Source of the DNA: a virus
Lineage: Duplodnaviria > Caudoviricetes
Strand: one strand, 5' to 3'
DNA length: 37,887 nucleotides
Virus record (IMG/VR): IMGVR_UViG_3300049136_000011
Coordinates: 1-37,887 of that record
The translations under genes and the position numbers were made by a program. Below are positions 35,341 through 37,887 of this stretch, one piece after another. The first letter of the stretch is position 1, and the number at the start of each line of letters is the position of its first letter. Below the pieces are notes generated by a model that had not been told where the DNA came from, did no database searches, and was given only the letters and a program-made list of their open reading frames with translations.

Positions 35341-35759
35341 TCGACTTCCTTCCAACCCCTGCCGGATGGGCCAAAGACGCCGCCTGCACCCAGTCGGACC
35401 CCGACGCCTGGTTCCCAAGCACCGGAGAAGGCAACGCACGCGCAGCACAGGAAGCGACCCGGATCTGCCGCGACGTGTGCCCCGTGCGTGAGGAGTGCCT
35501 TGCCTCGGTTCTCGCGCTAGACGAGCTGCCCCGCTATGGAATCTGGGCAGGGTTCTCGGTGGCGCAGTTGCGGCAGTTGAAGGCACCCACACGCAAGCCC
35601 GGCCGACCTGCGCACCGTCCAGTCGGCCCCCGTGCGGCGTGCGGCACGTATGCGGGCTGGGCGGCCCACAGGACGCACAAGGATGCCGTCTGTGACCCCT
35701 GCAAGGCGGCGCGCATCGAGTATCAGCGGGCCTACCGCGCGGCTAAGGACGTGGCGTAA
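35337..35759 (+). CDS. whiB: WhiB-family transcription factor with C-terminal Zn-finger-like extension
   Basis: W...AAC...DPDAWFP...IC..VCPVREEC...YGIWAG; then CGTYAGWAAH...CDPCKAA. Confidence 0.9.
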   Translation: MIDFLPTPAGWAKDAACTQSDPDAWFPSTGEGNARAAQEATRICRDVCPVREECLASVLALDELPRYGIWAGFSVAQLRQLKAPTRKPGRPAHRPVGPRAACGTYAGWAAHRTHKDAVCDPCKAARIEYQRAYRAAKDVA

Positions 35760-36073
35760 TGAGTCACAACATCATCCGCAACCGCTTCAAGAAGTCCCCA
35801 CTGCCACGCAACCACGAGATCGCCGAGGCACTGCGCAACGGCGACACCCTTGAATCACTCGCAGCCGAGCACGGCGTCGCAGCTCGGTCCATCGCCAAGC
35901 GCCTGCAGATCGCCGGATGGGATGCGGGCGGCAACGTGATCCCACCATGGCTGCTCACCCCACCTAGCGGCATCCACGTCTGCCGTCGCTGCGGTCGGGA
36001 GCGACAGGTCAAGAAGGCCGACACCGCCGAGATGTGCGGGGACTGCCGCAGCGTCGAGAAGGCCATCGCATGA
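35759..36073 (+). CDS. HTH plus Zn-ribbon protein
   Basis: GDTLESLAAEHGVAARSIAKRL; CRRC...CGDC. Confidence 0.75.
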   Translation: MSHNIIRNRFKKSPLPRNHEIAEALRNGDTLESLAAEHGVAARSIAKRLQIAGWDAGGNVIPPWLLTPPSGIHVCRRCGRERQVKKADTAEMCGDCRSVEKAIA

Positions 36074-36264
36074 AGCGGGCTCAGATTCTGGCTGACGTCC
36101 TCGCGCACCTTGAGGCTGAGCGATTCGCACCTGTCACACCGCGACCATCGCCCGAGCTGGAACCGATCATGCCCGCGCAGGCAGAGGCCAATCGGCAGGC
36201 GCTCGAGGACGCACTGAGTGGCGATCCCGTGGTGCTCGCATGGCTTGAGAGGGAGGCGTCGTGA
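36070..36264 (+). CDS. Hypothetical protein
   Basis: ATGA overlap; MKRAQILADV... Confidence 0.65.
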   Translation: MKRAQILADVLAHLEAERFAPVTPRPSPELEPIMPAQAEANRQALEDALSGDPVVLAWLEREAS

Positions 36265-36408
36265 ACCGGCGAACAATACAAGCAGGGCTGGGCGTGTCCC
36301 CGGATTTGGCGAACGACACGCGGGACAATGGAGACACAAAGCGGCCCCCAGGCGGTGCGTCAACACCGTCGTTCCCAGGGGCCTCGCCGACTGATAAGGA
36401 GTCGACTG

Positions 36409-36657
36409 ATGGCTAATAATGCCACCCCTGCGCCAGATGCGCAGCCACCACGCCCAGAGTGCTGCGCCGCGTGCCCCGGCACGCGCTACTGCGCACCCGC
36501 GCGCTGCTACTGCGGCCACGCCGAATGCCCCGCGTTTGAGTCCTACTACGACGTGCGCGCCATGCCGTTCCACGAGACGAAGGCTGAGAAGAAGCGCGCC
36601 GCGCAAAAGGCGAGCTGGGACAGCCGCGAGGGGGAGACGTGGATCGACAGCCTCTGA
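36409..36657 (+). CDS. Cys-rich hypothetical protein
   Basis: TAAGGAG SD; CCAAC...YC...RCYCGHAECPA. Confidence 0.65.
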   Translation: MANNATPAPDAQPPRPECCAACPGTRYCAPARCYCGHAECPAFESYYDVRAMPFHETKAEKKRAAQKASWDSREGETWIDSL

Positions 36658-37463
36658 AACCACCGTTCGCCTACTACGGCGGCAAGACGACACTCGCGCC
36701 GGTCATTGCGGACCTTCTGCCGGCACATGCTCACTACGTCGAGCCGTTCGCCGGGTCATTGGCGGTCCTACTTGCCAAGCGGCCTGCGCCGATTGAGACA
36801 GTGAATGATCTCGACGGCGATCTGGTGACGTTCTGGCGCGTGCTCCGGGACAGCCCCGCCGACTTCGCGCGCGTAGCGGCATTGACACCTCATGCGCGCG
36901 CAGAGTTTGAGTTGGCGAAGGGCCTCGACGGTACGGACGACCTTGAGCGGGCCCGCCGTGTATGGGTGCGGCTAACACAGAGTCGGTCACTAAGCATGAA
37001 GCCCACCGGCTGGAAGCATGTGCGCAACTTTGCCGCACGAGGCACTTCACACTTGGATTACCTCGACGCCTACGTGGCTCGACTAGCGCCCGCGGCTGAG
37101 AGGCTACGGAGCGTCGCGCTTGAGTCTCGAGACGCGCTCGATGTGATCCGCGACTACGGCTCAGAGTCGACCGCCTGCCTGTACGTCGACCCTCCCTATC
37201 TGGGCAGCACGCGCGCGACCAACTACCGCGTCGAGATGTTAGACGACGGCGCTCACCGCACGTTCGCCGGACTACTGAATGACTGCAAGGCGTCGGTCGT
37301 GCTGTCCGGCTACGACTCGCCGCTGTACGCCGACCTGTTTGGCGACTGGCATCGCATGAACCTGCAAGGCGCGACAACGCTTTCCGGCGACACGGATCGC
37401 GTCGAGGTGCTGTGGAGTAACCGGCCGCTAGGTGAGCCCGACCTGTTCGGCGGTGCTGCCTGA
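36639..37463 (+). CDS. DNA adenine methyltransferase (Dam/D12-like)
   Basis: PPFAYYGGKT, YVEPFAGS, NDLD, YVDPPY, LSGY and EVLWSN motifs. Confidence 0.92.
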   Translation: MDRQPLKPPFAYYGGKTTLAPVIADLLPAHAHYVEPFAGSLAVLLAKRPAPIETVNDLDGDLVTFWRVLRDSPADFARVAALTPHARAEFELAKGLDGTDDLERARRVWVRLTQSRSLSMKPTGWKHVRNFAARGTSHLDYLDAYVARLAPAAERLRSVALESRDALDVIRDYGSESTACLYVDPPYLGSTRATNYRVEMLDDGAHRTFAGLLNDCKASVVLSGYDSPLYADLFGDWHRMNLQGATTLSGDTDRVEVLWSNRPLGEPDLFGGAA

Positions 37464-37887
37464 TGGGCTGGGTTCGCATCTCTGACGACTTCTACGACCA
37501 CCCCAAGTTCGCCGACGTGACGCCGCTGAGCATCGCGTCGTGGATCACGGGCATGGCGTACTGCAACCGCAACCTGACGGACGGCTACATCCCAACCTCG
37601 GCAGCCCTGCGCCTGGTCGACTTCGACGGCTTGGCCTACACCGTGGCGACCGTTGGCGAGCTAGGTGGCGTCATGGAGGACGACTGCGCACCCCTCGCCA
37701 TCCACGACCTTCTACGGGTCGGCCTATGGCATGAGGATGGGCACGACTGCCCGGACTGCCCACAGCCCGGAAGGCGCCGCTACTACGTCCACGACTACCT
37801 CGTTTATCAGCCATCCGCAGAGGAAATCAAAAAGACCCAGGAAGCCCGGAAAGAGGCCGGCAAGAAAGGCGCTTCGGCGCGCTGGGC
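37463..37887 (+). CDS. Replication initiator protein, N-terminal part (truncated by window)
   Basis: TGATG overlap; MGWVRISDDFYDHPKF...YCNRNLTDGYIP...GLW...YYVHDYLVYQPS, typical of actinophage RepA-like N-termini. Confidence 0.8.
   Translation, partial: MGWVRISDDFYDHPKFADVTPLSIASWITGMAYCNRNLTDGYIPTSAALRLVDFDGLAYTVATVGELGGVMEDDCAPLAIHDLLRVGLWHEDGHDCPDCPQPGRRRYYVHDYLVYQPSAEEIKKTQEARKEAGKKGASARW

Larger units (their letters stand above)
1..37887. mobile_element. Temperate actinobacteriophage (siphovirus), partial genome, apparently unintegrated
   Basis: Canonical packaging-head-tail-lysis-integration-immunity-early gene order, long tape measure gene, no sheath gene, serine integrase with a central unsplit attP-like site, WhiB; no host genes seen. 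Confidence 0.97.

Noticed and set aside
1-37887. CRISPR array, diversity-generating retroelement, IS or intron/intein
   Set aside because: No regularly spaced repeats, reverse transcriptase, transposase or intein motifs seen by eye; short or degenerate cases could be missed

Overview
Most of a temperate, high-GC actinobacterial siphovirus genome. WhiB is present and no lysin B is visible, so the host is probably a non-mycolata actinomycete (inference). Gene order on the + strand: HNH, terS, terL split into ATPase and nuclease genes, portal, MuF-like head protein, scaffold, major capsid, head-tail connectors, major tail, tail chaperone with a -1 frameshift, tape measure, minor tails, lysis cassette and a second fibre-like structural module. 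Next come an intact attP, a large serine integrase, a leftward RHH/membrane protein/repressor cassette and a divergent cro. A long early operon follows (C5 and adenine methyltransferases, RusA, RecE/RecT-like, DUF4326, WhiB) and ends in a replication initiator cut off at the window edge. The most unusual signals are non-coding. One is a self-contained ~55-nt minus-strand RNA unit at 21134-21204 that resembles an orphan Abi-type antitoxin RNA. Others are mutually exclusive RNA structures over the ribosome-binding sites of the tail chaperone and the first lysis gene. All calls come from motif reading and synteny; no searches were run.
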